Below are positions 17,841-27,431 of a stretch of 64,000 nt of DNA, one piece after another. Location of the stretch: contig CAYLMK010000004.1 in assembly GCA_964384945.1 (NCBI GenBank), positions 264,109-328,108 on the forward strand, given 5' to 3'. Below the pieces are notes generated by a model that did not search any database, was not told where the DNA came from, and saw only the letters and a program-made list of their open reading frames with translations. Made by a program: the position numbers and the translations under genes. This DNA is from an uncultured Thermodesulfobacteriota bacterium. GTDB taxonomy: Bacteria > Desulfobacterota > DSWW01. How positions within the stretch are numbered: the stretch's first letter is position 1; every line of letters starts with the position of its first letter.

Positions 17841-18550
17841 CCCAGCTCCTGGGTGATCCTGCGCACCATCCGCCGGTGGAGGATCGGCAGGATCTTGTTC
17901 AGGGCATGGATCGCATCCTGGGCGAGCCTCTGGATCTGGGCCGGGCTCATCCCCTTGCGCACGATTCGTTTCGTGAAGATCTCGATCTCTTTGCGTGCCA
18001 GGAATTCCATGAGATCGAGGTGGATCTGGAGATGCTCCACCTGGAAATCGAGTTCTTCGTTCAGGCCGATCTCCTTGATCTCGCTCAGGATCTCCACAAT
18101 CTGCACACACTCGGGGTCGAACCGGCCTTCCGCGTCCGTCTCGATCATGCCCATCGACTCCAGGGCCTGGATCTGCTTCGGTTCCACCCCTGTGCGTTCG
18201 CAAAGCTCCTCCCGGCTCATCGGCTGGGCGTCGTCCCCCAGAAGCGAGTCCTCGAAAAGGGGCCTGTCCATCTCCCGGAGAAGCTGCCGCTGCTCCCCGT
18301 TGAGGGCCGGCCCCTGGGCCCCCACGATCATCTTGATGACGCTCAGAGGAAGGAAGCGCTTCTTCTGGAGGTCCTTGATCGCCCGGATGCGCTCGATGTA
18401 GCTCTCATCGTAGTAGGCCATGTTCCTGTGGGTCTTCAAGGGCTTGGGGAGGATCCCTTTCTGTACGTAGTAGCGGATCGTACCCCCGCTGACCCCGGTG
18501 GCGTGGGACAGTTGCTGCATCTTGAGCAGCCTTTTGTTCTTGGCGGGCAT
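17837..18550 (-). CDS. MerR-family transcriptional regulator (first gene of the operon)
   Basis: N-terminal HTH LSHATGVSGGTIRYYVQKGILP. The start may be M1 (18550) or M11 (18520). Its stop overlaps the Rieske start. Confidence 0.8.
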   Translation of the reverse strand: MPAKNKRLLKMQQLSHATGVSGGTIRYYVQKGILPKPLKTHRNMAYYDESYIERIRAIKDLQKKRFLPLSVIKMIVGAQGPALNGEQRQLLREMDRPLFEDSLLGDDAQPMSREELCERTGVEPKQIQALESMGMIETDAEGRFDPECVQIVEILSEIKEIGLNEELDFQVEHLQIHLDLMEFLARKEIEIFTKRIVRKGMSPAQIQRLAQDAIHALNKILPILHRRMVRRITQELG

Positions 18551-18656
18551 GCGAGGAGGGTCCGGGAAAGTTAAGAGTGTCGCTATTTACTTCCGCAAAA
18601 TTACTCCCATATTCCCCGGCCTGTCAAGAGAAAAGTTCTGTTTCCCTATTTATTAG

Positions 18657-18686
18657 TTGACAGCGCAACTTCTTATTCAATACGAT
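18657..18686 (+). promoter_or_regulatory. Sigma70-like promoter (TTGACA-18 nt-TACGAT) in an AT-rich divergent region
   Basis: Read directly from the sequence. Lies upstream of the small membrane protein gene. A second TTGACA in minus orientation at 18622-18627 faces the MerR operon. Confidence 0.35.
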
Positions 18687-18754
18687 ATGCCGAAGGCAGC
18701 GATGCATTCCTTGGCCAAAGGCCGACCCCCGTGAACCCCAGGGAGGATCCGATC

Positions 18755-18997
18755 ATGGCCCGAGAACGGGTTTCCTACCGGAATCCGCTGAGTTCCGCTC
18801 TGCTGATCGCGTTTCTGTACCTGGTCGTGACCAGCGTCTTCTACTGGGTCTTCAACGACAAGCTCTATTTTCAGGATTATCACCACTTCGAGTGGATGGA
18901 ATACGTTCTCGGAACGATCGCGATGTTCGTGCTCGTCTTCCTCCTCGAGTTCGTCCGGAACCGGATGGGAAGGAAGCGACCCCCGACCTCAATGTGA
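18755..18997 (+). CDS. Small membrane protein (80 aa, 2 TM helices), hypothetical
   Basis: RBS GGGAGG 9 nt upstream of the ATG. Two hydrophobic helices. Divergent from the MerR operon. Confidence 0.5.
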   Translation: MARERVSYRNPLSSALLIAFLYLVVTSVFYWVFNDKLYFQDYHHFEWMEYVLGTIAMFVLVFLLEFVRNRMGRKRPPTSM

Positions 18998-19131
18998 ACC
19001 CCTGCCCCGCGACGATCGGCGGGGTTGAACCCGGGGCCCCGGGCGCAATAGACTGCGCCTGATGCGGCTTGCGCCCCGACGCGAAGGGGTCACGTCGAAA
19101 GAGGCGCTGCCAGCGGAGGTGGCCAAAGGCC

Positions 19132-20619
19132 ATGCGCTTCCGGCACGTAGGTGTTCTTGCCCTTTTCTCGGTTTTCCGGATTGCGACGGGTTGCGGTGGG
19201 GGCGAGGAGGGCCATGTTCCTGCCTCGGGGCCTCCCCCGGGGCTGCCGGATTTCCTTTGGGGAAGCGCGACCGCGGCTCATCAGGTGGAAGGGTTCAACA
19301 CGCAGAACGATTGGTATCTCTGGGAGATGCTCCCCGGCAAGATCGACAACGGCGATCTGTCCGGCGCCGCTGCGGACCATTACCGTCGCTTCGACCAGGA
19401 CTTCGCCCTGGCCGAGCGGATGGGGCACAATGCGCACCGCTTCTCGATCGAGTGGAGCCGCATCGAACCGGCCAGGGACCAATACGATCCCGAGGCGATC
19501 GCGCACTACCACGAGGTCCTTGCCTCGCTTCGCAGGCACGGCCTGACGCCGCTGGTCACGCTCCACCATTTCACGAATCCCCAGTGGGTCTTGAACCCTC
19601 TTCGACCGGACAAGGACCTGGACGGTTGGCTTGGGGAGCAGACCGTGGAGGAATTCGTCGAGTTTGCGGCTGACATGGCCGCCGAGTACGGCCGCGAGGT
19701 GGACCTGTGGATGACCATCAACGAACCGCTGGTCGTGGTCGACGGCACCTACTTCGAAGGGGGCTTCCCCTCGGATCTGCCGCCCTTCCACCTGGAGGAG
19801 GGCCGGCTGGCGGCCTTCCATCTGTTCCAGGCCCATGCCGCGGCCTACCGCCGAATCCACGAGAAGGACACCTGGGACGCGGACGGCGACGGAAGCCCCT
19901 GCCGGGTCAGCGCGGCCAAGCACATACGCATCATGGAGCCCATGAACCCGAAGAACCCCTGGGACCGGGAGGGGGCCGCTCAGGTCGATTATGTCTTCAA
20001 CCAGGTCTTCTTCGATGCGCTCCTCGACGGGATGGTGGATGCCGACCTGGACGGAGACCATGACGATCTCGGAACCAATCCGCCGGAGGGCTTCCACGCC
20101 GAGCTGGCAAACACCCTGGACTACATCGCGCTGAACTATTACAGCCGGTCCAAGGTCGTGGGTTTGCCGTTCATCCCGTACGTAAAAGGCCTGCCCCTGG
20201 AAAACCCGGATCCGGACGTGGAGCACAACGAGATGGGCTGGGAAATCTACCCGGAGGGGTTCTACCGGACCCTGAAGCGATTCGGGGCTTACGGGCTACC
20301 GATCATCGTGACCGAGAACGGCATCCCGGACCGGGACGACGATCAGAGGCCGCAGTTCCTCCTCCGGCACATCGATGCGATGTTGCGAGCCATGGAGGAA
20401 GGGATTGACGTGAGGGGATACCTGCACTGGTCCCTGATGGACAACTTCGAGTGGGCGGAGGGCTTCTGGCCCCGCTTCGGGCTCGTCGCCGTGGACTACG
20501 ATACGCAGGAGAGAACCCCCCGGCCCTCGGCGGCCCTGTACACGGATATCATCCGCGCCGGGCGTATCCCGGACGAGATGCGTCCGCGGGCGGGCCTGCA
20601 AGGGGGAGGGCGGAGATGA
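19132..20619 (+). CDS. Glycoside hydrolase family 1 beta-glucosidase, probable lipoprotein
   Basis: GH1 signatures FLWGSATAAHQVEG, TINEP and IVTENG (acid/base and nucleophile Glu). N-terminus MRFRHVGVLALFSVFRIATGCGG is a signal peptide with a lipobox-like Cys. Confidence 0.85.
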   Translation: MRFRHVGVLALFSVFRIATGCGGGEEGHVPASGPPPGLPDFLWGSATAAHQVEGFNTQNDWYLWEMLPGKIDNGDLSGAAADHYRRFDQDFALAERMGHNAHRFSIEWSRIEPARDQYDPEAIAHYHEVLASLRRHGLTPLVTLHHFTNPQWVLNPLRPDKDLDGWLGEQTVEEFVEFAADMAAEYGREVDLWMTINEPLVVVDGTYFEGGFPSDLPPFHLEEGRLAAFHLFQAHAAAYRRIHEKDTWDADGDGSPCRVSAAKHIRIMEPMNPKNPWDREGAAQVDYVFNQVFFDALLDGMVDADLDGDHDDLGTNPPEGFHAELANTLDYIALNYYSRSKVVGLPFIPYVKGLPLENPDPDVEHNEMGWEIYPEGFYRTLKRFGAYGLPIIVTENGIPDRDDDQRPQFLLRHIDAMLRAMEEGIDVRGYLHWSLMDNFEWAEGFWPRFGLVAVDYDTQERTPRPSAALYTDIIRAGRIPDEMRPRAGLQGGGRR

Positions 20620-20708
20620 GCGGCAATCAAGACCCGGGGCGTGCGGCGTAGCCGGGGAAGGGTGTCCTCAGAGGGCCCGACCCCGGGCCTCGGCCCATGC
20701 CGCCGGCT

Positions 20709-21473
20709 CTATTCCTCGGGCGAAAGGAACTTCGCCTTCAGGAACTCCCGGTTGAGTCTCGCGATGTTGGCGATCGAGATTTCCTTCGGACAGGCCGCCT
20801 CGCACTCGGCCTCGTTCGAGCAGTTGCCGAACCCGAGTTCGCCCATCTTCTTCGTCATCGCCTGAACGCGCCTGGCGGCCTCCGGCCTTCCCTGGGGAAG
20901 CAGGGCAAGGTGTGAGACCTTGGCCGCCACGAAGAGCATCGCCGAAGCGTTCGGACAGGCCGCCACGCAGGCCCCACACCCGATGCACGCGGCGGCGTCC
21001 ATCGCCCTTTCCGCGACATCCTTCGGGATGGGGATCGCGTTGCCGTCCGGGGCCCCGCCCGTGTTCACCGAGATGTAGCCGCCGGTCTGAATGATCGCAT
21101 CGAAGGCGCTTCGGTCGACCACCAGGTCCTTGACCACCTTGAAGGCCCTGGACCGCCACGGCTCGATGACGATCGTGTCCCCGTTCGAGAAGTGCCTCAT
21201 GTGAAGCTGGCACAGGGTGGTTCCCTTCTCGGGTCCGTGGGCACGACCGTTGACCACCGCGCCGCACATCCCGCAGATGCCTTCCCTGCAATCGTGATCG
21301 AAGGCAATCGGCTCTTTCCCGTCGAGGGTGAGCCGCTCGTTGATCACATCGAGCATCTCGAGAAAGGACATGTCCGTGGAGATGCCCTCGGCGGGGTAGG
21401 TCTCGAGCCTGCCCTTCTTGTGCGGGCCCTCCTGCCGCCAGACCTTCAGGGTGAGGTCGATGGTCTTGCTCAC
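20709..21473 (-). CDS. sdhB: Succinate dehydrogenase/fumarate reductase iron-sulfur subunit
   Basis: 2Fe-2S motifs CREGICGMC. 4Fe-4S and 3Fe-4S motifs [12 protein letters not shown] and [12 protein letters not shown]. Its start overlaps the sdhA stop. Confidence 0.9.
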   Translation of the reverse strand: MSKTIDLTLKVWRQEGPHKKGRLETYPAEGISTDMSFLEMLDVINERLTLDGKEPIAFDHDCREGICGMCGAVVNGRAHGPEKGTTLCQLHMRHFSNGDTIVIEPWRSRAFKVVKDLVVDRSAFDAIIQTGGYISVNTGGAPDGNAIPIPKDVAERAMDAAACIGCGACVAACPNASAMLFVAAKVSHLALLPQGRPEAARRVQAMTKKMGELGFGNCSNEAECEAACPKEISIANIARLNREFLKAKFLSPEE

Positions 21474-23383
21474 TTGTAGCTCCTCTGCGTCAACTGCACG
21501 TTCTCAAAGGAGAGGGGTTCCTTGTGGAACGCGGGCTCCTCTTCGTCTCCCGTGAATTCCCAGCAGGCAACGTGACAGAAATTCTCGTCGTCCCGCCTGG
21601 CCTCGTTCTCCTCCGTCTGGTAGGCCTCGTTTAGATGACAGCCGCAGGACTCCTGGCGGGCCAGGGCGTCCGTGACCATCAGCTCCCCGAACTCGAGGAA
21701 ATCCGCGACCCGGCCGGCGCGCTCCAGGCTCTGGTTCAGGTCCGCCTGCGAGCCGGGCACCCTCACGTTTTCCCAAAATTCCTTTCGAAGGGACCGGATC
21801 ATGCCCTTGGCCTTGGCCAGGCCCTCGTTGTTGCGGGCCATGCCGCAGTATTCCCACAGGATGTGGCCCAGCTCCCGGTGAAAGTCATCGACCGTGCGCT
21901 TCCCTTTCGCGGAAAGGAGCCGCTCGACGCGATTCTGCACATCCCGGGTCGCCTCCCGGAACGCGGGATGGTCGACCGGCGCCTTGGGGAGCGGCTTGGC
22001 GGCAAGATACCCGCCGATCGTATACGGCAGCACGAAGTATCCGTCCGCAAGGCCCTGCATCAGGGCGCTCGCACCGAGCCGGTTGGCCCCGTGGTCGGAA
22101 AAGTTCGCCTCGCCGAGGACGAAGAGCCCCGGGATCGTGCTCATCAGGTTGTAGTCCACCCAAAGGCCCCCCATCGTGTAGTGGACGGCCGGGTAGATCC
22201 TCATCGGAGTCGCGTAGGGATCCTCTCCCGTAATTTTTTCATACATCTGGAAGAGGTTCCCGTATTTCTGGGCGATCACATCCCTTCCGTCCCGCCGGAT
22301 CGCGTCTTCGAAGTCCAGGTATACGGCCAGCCCGGTCTCCCCGACCCCCTTTCCCATGTCGCACTGCTCCTTGGCGTTCCGGGAGGCCACGTCCCGGGGG
22401 ACCAGGTTTCCGAAGCTGGGGTACTTGTTCTCCAGGAAGTAGTCCCTCTCCGAATCGGGGATCTCCTGGGGAGGCCGTCGGTCGCCGGGCTTCCTGGGAA
22501 CCCACACGCGGCCGTCGTTGCGCAGGCTCTCGCTCATGAGCGTCAACTTGGACTGGTAGTCGCCGTGCACCGGGATGCAGGTGGGATGGATCTGGGTGAA
22601 GCACGGATTGGCGAACCAGGCGCCCTTCCGGTAAGCCCGGTAGCAGGCCGTCACGTTGCAGGCCATGGCGTTGGTGGAAAGGAAGTAGACGTTTCCGTAG
22701 CCGCCCGTGCAGAGCGCGACGGCATGGGCCGAGTGACTCTCGATCTCCCCGGTGATCAGGTTCCGCACGACGATGCCCCGGGCCCGGCCGTCCGCGACGA
22801 CGAGTTCGAGCATCTCCCGCCGGGGGAACATCCTGACCTTGCCCGCACCCACCTGACGCATCATTGCGCTGTAAGCCCCGAGCAGCAGTTGCTGCCCGGT
22901 CTGCCCTCTGGCGTAAAAGGTCCGGGACACCTGGGCCCCGCCGAAGGATCGGTTCGCCAGCAGCCCGCCGTAGTCGCGGGCGAACGGGATCCCCTGAGCC
23001 ACGCAGTGATCGATGATCGCGGTGCTTGCCTGGGCAAGCCGGTAGACATTGGCCTCCCTCGCCCGGAAATCGCCCCCCTTGATCGTATCGTAGAAGAGCC
23101 GCCACACGCTGTCGCCGTCGTTGCTGTAATTCTTGGCGGCGTTGATTCCGCCCTGGGCCGCAATGGAGTGGGCCCGCCGGGGGCTGTCCTGGATGCAGAA
23201 GGTCTTCACGTCATAGCCGAGTTCGGCGAGCGTCGCGGATGCCGACGCGCCGGCCAGGCCCGTGCCCACCACGATGATCTCGTACTTCCGCTTGTTCGCC
23301 GGGTTGACCAGCTTCAGCTCGAACCGGTGACGGTCCCATTTCTCCGCAAGCGGGCCGCTCGGGATCTTTGCGTCGAGTTTCAT
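21470..23383 (-). CDS. sdhA: Succinate dehydrogenase/fumarate reductase flavoprotein subunit (type B, three-subunit enzyme)
   Basis: FAD-binding [13 protein letters not shown]. Active-site region HYTMGGL. The N-terminus [16 protein letters not shown] is typical of the Bacteroides/Desulfovibrio-type enzyme. Confidence 0.92.
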   Translation of the reverse strand: MKLDAKIPSGPLAEKWDRHRFELKLVNPANKRKYEIIVVGTGLAGASASATLAELGYDVKTFCIQDSPRRAHSIAAQGGINAAKNYSNDGDSVWRLFYDTIKGGDFRAREANVYRLAQASTAIIDHCVAQGIPFARDYGGLLANRSFGGAQVSRTFYARGQTGQQLLLGAYSAMMRQVGAGKVRMFPRREMLELVVADGRARGIVVRNLITGEIESHSAHAVALCTGGYGNVYFLSTNAMACNVTACYRAYRKGAWFANPCFTQIHPTCIPVHGDYQSKLTLMSESLRNDGRVWVPRKPGDRRPPQEIPDSERDYFLENKYPSFGNLVPRDVASRNAKEQCDMGKGVGETGLAVYLDFEDAIRRDGRDVIAQKYGNLFQMYEKITGEDPYATPMRIYPAVHYTMGGLWVDYNLMSTIPGLFVLGEANFSDHGANRLGASALMQGLADGYFVLPYTIGGYLAAKPLPKAPVDHPAFREATRDVQNRVERLLSAKGKRTVDDFHRELGHILWEYCGMARNNEGLAKAKGMIRSLRKEFWENVRVPGSQADLNQSLERAGRVADFLEFGELMVTDALARQESCGCHLNEAYQTEENEARRDDENFCHVACWEFTGDEEEPAFHKEPLSFENVQLTQRSYK

Positions 23384-23408
23384 GATCTCTCCTTGCCGTC
23401 CCTGCTCC

Positions 23409-24053
23409 TCAGGCGAGGGCGATGTAGAGATAGACCGGGATCGCGCCGAAGCCGAGCCCGACGGTCAGGCTGAACAGGAGCCCGACGGAACGGATCAGGG
23501 CCATGTACTTGGGGTGGCTCGCTCCGACGCTCTGGAAGGCACTCCAGAACCCGTGGCTCACGTGGATCGACGCAATCGCCATGGCCAGGACATAGAGAGC
23601 GACGTATCCGGGCTTCGCAAAGGCGCTCGCAACGATCTCGAAGATCGTCCGGTCCGTCTTGTCCACGAAATGGAAATGAATGAGGTGAAAGGTCACGAAG
23701 GCGAGGAGCAGGATTCCTGTATACGGCATCGTTGCGGATCCGACGGTCCGGCCGCCCGCCCTCTTCTTCATGCAATACCCGACCGGCCTCGCCCTCTGGT
23801 TCTGATAGAACAGGGTGAGCCCCGTCAGGACGTGAACGACCGCAAAGGCGAGCAGCCCCAACTCGAACAGAGTGACCAGCGGGCCCAGGGAATGCAGGTG
23901 TTCCGCATACGAATTGAACAAGTCCCTGCCCCCATAAAGCGTCAGGTTCCCGATGAGATGGACGACGAGAAACCCGCAGAAGGCAAGGCCGGTCACCGCC
24001 ATCATCATCTTCTTCCCGATTGCAGACAGAAGGGTGCTCGCAACCCAGTTCAT
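23409..24053 (-). CDS. sdhC: Succinate dehydrogenase/fumarate reductase cytochrome b membrane subunit
   Basis: Five hydrophobic helices with His residues. RBS GGAGGAAG upstream of the ATG at 24053. Lies immediately upstream of sdhA. Confidence 0.8.
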   Translation of the reverse strand: MNWVASTLLSAIGKKMMMAVTGLAFCGFLVVHLIGNLTLYGGRDLFNSYAEHLHSLGPLVTLFELGLLAFAVVHVLTGLTLFYQNQRARPVGYCMKKRAGGRTVGSATMPYTGILLLAFVTFHLIHFHFVDKTDRTIFEIVASAFAKPGYVALYVLAMAIASIHVSHGFWSAFQSVGASHPKYMALIRSVGLLFSLTVGLGFGAIPVYLYIALA

Positions 24054-24256
24054 CTCTTCCTCCGGCGCCAGCAAAGGGCCGCCCTCCGGACCGCGCGCGA
24101 TCCCCGCGCGAGGACGGGTCCCGGAAAGGAAAGGCAGAAATCAAGGATCAACGAATTTTACAGTATATGCAACGCGCGGAAAACAATCAAGAATTCCGGC
24201 CCGCGGCCGACGCAAAACATGGGCGAAACCGGAGCCTTTCGGGATGGCGACGCCTG

Positions 24257-24796
24257 TCAGTGGAGCGTGCGGCCGCCGACCGATTCGCTTCTTCGTATGC
24301 CTTCGAGCACGGCCAGGAGCCTTCGGAGCTTCACGATATCCAGGCAGGACGAAAGATCCTTCCGGCCGCAGATCTTCTCGCAGAGGCCTTCGAGCCTCCG
24401 CTCGTCGCAGTCCTCCAGTCGAGAGAACACCTGGCGCGCCCGGGCCTGAAGGGCGAAGGCCTGTTTCCGCCTCTTGCTCAGGGGAGGGCCGAACCTTGCC
24501 CGGGGGCCCTGAAGGGGCCGCCAGCCGCGCGCGGCAAGGTGTTCGACAAGCCTCTCCATCTCCTCGACCGACAGGTCGCCCGCCGATGGAATGCCGAACT
24601 CGCCCATCAGCAGGGCGCGGTAGTCCGCCGCTCGCATGCCGAGTTGCTTGGCTGCAATGTGGATCTTTGCCAGCAGCGCGCGACGGCGGGGCCCGACCGG
24701 GTCGGGGGACGGCGGGCTCCCTTTCCTGTCGCTCTGCTCCCGCGTCTTCATGGGCCGTTCCGGTTTCGGTTGCATGTACAGCCGATGGCCTTTCAT
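24257..24796 (-). CDS. Mu gp16/GemA-like (DUF1018) phage-derived regulatory protein, orphan
   Basis: C-terminal part of a longer junk ORF. RRALLAKIHIAAKQLGMRAADYRALL...LSVEEMERLVEHL matches the GemA-family pattern. Protein-like composition only from about 24796 downward. Confidence 0.55.
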   Translation of the reverse strand: MKGHRLYMQPKPERPMKTREQSDRKGSPPSPDPVGPRRRALLAKIHIAAKQLGMRAADYRALLMGEFGIPSAGDLSVEEMERLVEHLAARGWRPLQGPRARFGPPLSKRRKQAFALQARARQVFSRLEDCDERRLEGLCEKICGRKDLSSCLDIVKLRRLLAVLEGIRRSESVGGRTLH

Positions 24797-24892
24797 CAAG
24801 ATTGGACACCCTTCCCGGCAACCGGGTTCGAACCGTCCGGGTTGATCTGCCGGCAGGATTTGCCGTAGATTTGTCACCGAGGAGGCGATGCG

Positions 24893-27394
24893 ATGACGGC
24901 AAGCCAAACGGTCCAACTGCGAACCGGCAGGGAAGAGGCGCAACGCTCCAGGTTCCTCGACGCCCTGGTAGAGGGCATACATGGCGGGAAGGCCGACTTT
25001 GTGAGATCCATCGCCGAGCAGCCCGGCCCTTCGACGGAGCGAAACCGCCGGAGGCGGGAGGCCTTTTTCAACACCCCCTTCAGCATCTGCATCGAGCGCG
25101 CCCGCTTCTTCACCGAGAGCTTCCGGACAACGGAGGGGGAGCCCCAGATCCTGCGGATGGCCAAGGCCTTCCGCCACTATCTCGAGAACGTGACGCTGGT
25201 CCTGGATGAGAGCGACCTGTTCGCCGGATATGCGGGCGGAAAGATGCTCTGTTCGCAGATCTATCCCGAGCTCTCCTCCACGTACCTGGACGAGGATGCC
25301 TGGGACGAGGCGAGCACGTTCAACATCAACCCGGTCGAAATCGGTCCGGAGGAGATCGCCGAGCTCAAGGAGACGGCGAAGTACTGGCGCGGGAAGTCCC
25401 TTCAGGACTACTACAACCACATCAAGCCTCTCAACGACGACCTTGTCCATCGGCACGGGCTCATCTTCGCCTATAACATGCTCGCCGGGATCGGGCACGT
25501 GATCGTTGACATCCGGCGCGGGCTCGAGCGCGGGCTCGGCAGCGTCCGGGACGAGGCCCTCCGTAAGGCGGCGCGCCTGCAGAGCCGCCCCGAGGACGCG
25601 CTCACGCCCCGGAAGATTCTCTTTTACAAGGCGGCGGCCGTTGCGATCGAAGGGCTCCTCGCTTACGCGCACCGGTATGCGCGACACGCCGAGGAGATTG
25701 CAGGACGCGAGGGTGACGGCGCGCGGCGCGCCGAGCTGATCCGCATTGCCGAGGCATGCCGCCGGGTGCCCGAGTACCCGGCGCGCAACTGCTTCGAGGC
25801 CCTGCAGTGCATGCTCTTCCTGCTTGTCGCGAACCAGATGGAATCGAGCGAGATCTCGATCTGCCCCGGCCGGATGGACCAGTGGCTCTATCCCCTATAC
25901 AAGAGCGACTTGGAGCAGGGCGTCTTTTCGAGGCAGGAGATCATCGAGCTTCTGGAAAACATCCTTGTGAGGCTCGGTCAGAGTTCATGGCTCTACAGCG
26001 GGCGGCAGCAGGGGCTCCTGTTCTACCCGAAACGGGGAAACCTGGTCACCATCACCCTGAGCGGCAAGGACATGGACGGCCGGGATCTCACGAACGAGCT
26101 GACCTACCTGATCCTGCACGCTCATGCGAACAACCGCCTTGGTCACCCGTCGCTGGCCGTCAGGCTGCACGAGAACTCCCCGGAGGCGCTGCGCGAGGCA
26201 TGCGCCCGCGTGATCGGGACGGCCAAGGGCCAGCCCGGCCTCATGAACGACGAAGTCATGATCCCGGCCCTCCTCCGCCTCGGTTTCGAGAGGCGGGACG
26301 CCTACGACTACGCGGACATCGGGTGCATTGAAATGGGGAGCGCAGGCACCTCGATCGGGCCCTCGAGCATCGGGTTCGTGAACCTGGCCAAATGCCTCGA
26401 ACTCGCCCTGCACAACGGGCATTGCAGCCTGTTCAAGGACCCGGTCGGCCCGGAGACCGGGGACGCACGCGCCTTCACCACCTACGACGAGCTCTTCCGT
26501 GCCTATGCCGAGCAGGTCCGCTTCGCCGTGACCTGCTTCAATCAGTCGGTCTCGGCCATCGAGATGGGCCACGAGCTGCTCAGGCCCATCCCGTTTCTCT
26601 CTTCCATCACCGACAACTCGATGGAGTCGGGACTCGATCTGACCAACGGCGGATCCAAGTATTATTTTGCCGGTATCGAGGGCATCGGCGTGGCAGACGT
26701 GGCCGATTCCCTCGCCGCGGTGCGCAGGCTGGTCTTCGAGGAGAAGAAGATCCCGATGGGCGAACTCGTGGACGCCTTGTCGAACGACTTTGCCGGCAAT
26801 GAGCGCCTGCGCCGGATGCTTCTCCACGGGGCCCCCAAGTTCGGCAACGACGACGACTACGTGGACGAGATCGCCCGGGCGAGCTCGACCGTGTTCCTCG
26901 AAGAGGTAAAGAGACACAGGGATTACTGGGGAAGCGTGTACAATCCGGGGATCTGGTCCATCGAGCTGGCCATGATCCTCGGCGGGCTCGTCGGCGCCCT
27001 GCCGAGCGGCCGGCAGGCCTGCGCCTCCCTCGCCGAGGGCGTAGCCCCCTCGCGCGGATGCGATCGGTGCGGCCCCACTGCGACCTTCAAATCGGTGGCG
27101 AAGCTCGACCACCACCTGATGGAAAACGGCAGCATCTTCAACATGAAGTTCAATCCCCGGATGTTCGAGGACAGGAACATCCGACGGTTCGCGGATGTGA
27201 TGAAGACCTACTTCGCCCTGGGCGGCTTCCAGCTTCAGGTGACCGTGGTCGACAGGCAGACGCTGCTCGACGCGCGGGAGCGGCCGGAGGAGCACCGCGA
27301 CCTTGTCGTCCGGGTCGCCGGATACAGCGCGTACTTCGTCGAGCAGTCCCCCCGCGTGCAGGAGCACCTCATCGAGCGGACCGAGCATTTCTGA
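24893..27394 (+). CDS. Glycyl radical enzyme, PFL2/glycerol-dehydratase-like family (833 aa)
   Basis: RBS GGAGG 9 nt upstream. C-terminal glycyl radical motif RVAGYSAYF. Catalytic DIGCIEMG (Cys-x-Glu, as in GD/CutC/HypD-type GREs). N-terminus SICIERARFFTESFRTTEGEP is typical of the PFL2 subfamily. Confidence 0.9.
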   Translation: MTASQTVQLRTGREEAQRSRFLDALVEGIHGGKADFVRSIAEQPGPSTERNRRRREAFFNTPFSICIERARFFTESFRTTEGEPQILRMAKAFRHYLENVTLVLDESDLFAGYAGGKMLCSQIYPELSSTYLDEDAWDEASTFNINPVEIGPEEIAELKETAKYWRGKSLQDYYNHIKPLNDDLVHRHGLIFAYNMLAGIGHVIVDIRRGLERGLGSVRDEALRKAARLQSRPEDALTPRKILFYKAAAVAIEGLLAYAHRYARHAEEIAGREGDGARRAELIRIAEACRRVPEYPARNCFEALQCMLFLLVANQMESSEISICPGRMDQWLYPLYKSDLEQGVFSRQEIIELLENILVRLGQSSWLYSGRQQGLLFYPKRGNLVTITLSGKDMDGRDLTNELTYLILHAHANNRLGHPSLAVRLHENSPEALREACARVIGTAKGQPGLMNDEVMIPALLRLGFERRDAYDYADIGCIEMGSAGTSIGPSSIGFVNLAKCLELALHNGHCSLFKDPVGPETGDARAFTTYDELFRAYAEQVRFAVTCFNQSVSAIEMGHELLRPIPFLSSITDNSMESGLDLTNGGSKYYFAGIEGIGVADVADSLAAVRRLVFEEKKIPMGELVDALSNDFAGNERLRRMLLHGAPKFGNDDDYVDEIARASSTVFLEEVKRHRDYWGSVYNPGIWSIELAMILGGLVGALPSGRQACASLAEGVAPSRGCDRCGPTATFKSVAKLDHHLMENGSIFNMKFNPRMFEDRNIRRFADVMKTYFALGGFQLQVTVVDRQTLLDARERPEEHRDLVVRVAGYSAYFVEQSPRVQEHLIERTEHF

Positions 27395-27400
27395 GAAGCA

Positions 27401-27423
27401 GGGGTCGGGGTCAAGGGGTCAGG
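27401..27423. repeat. Tandem GGGGTCR heptamer repeat (G-quadruplex-like) between the convergent GRE and FadL gene ends
   Basis: ggggtcggggtcaaggggtcagg. Same family as the repeats at 13936-14026 and 59256-59285. Confidence 0.6.
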
Positions 27424-27431
27424 CGACGGAT

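Noticed and set aside
21635-23473. 612-aa plus-strand ORF opposite sdhA
   Set aside because: Antisense of a canonical flavoprotein gene. Low-complexity translation.
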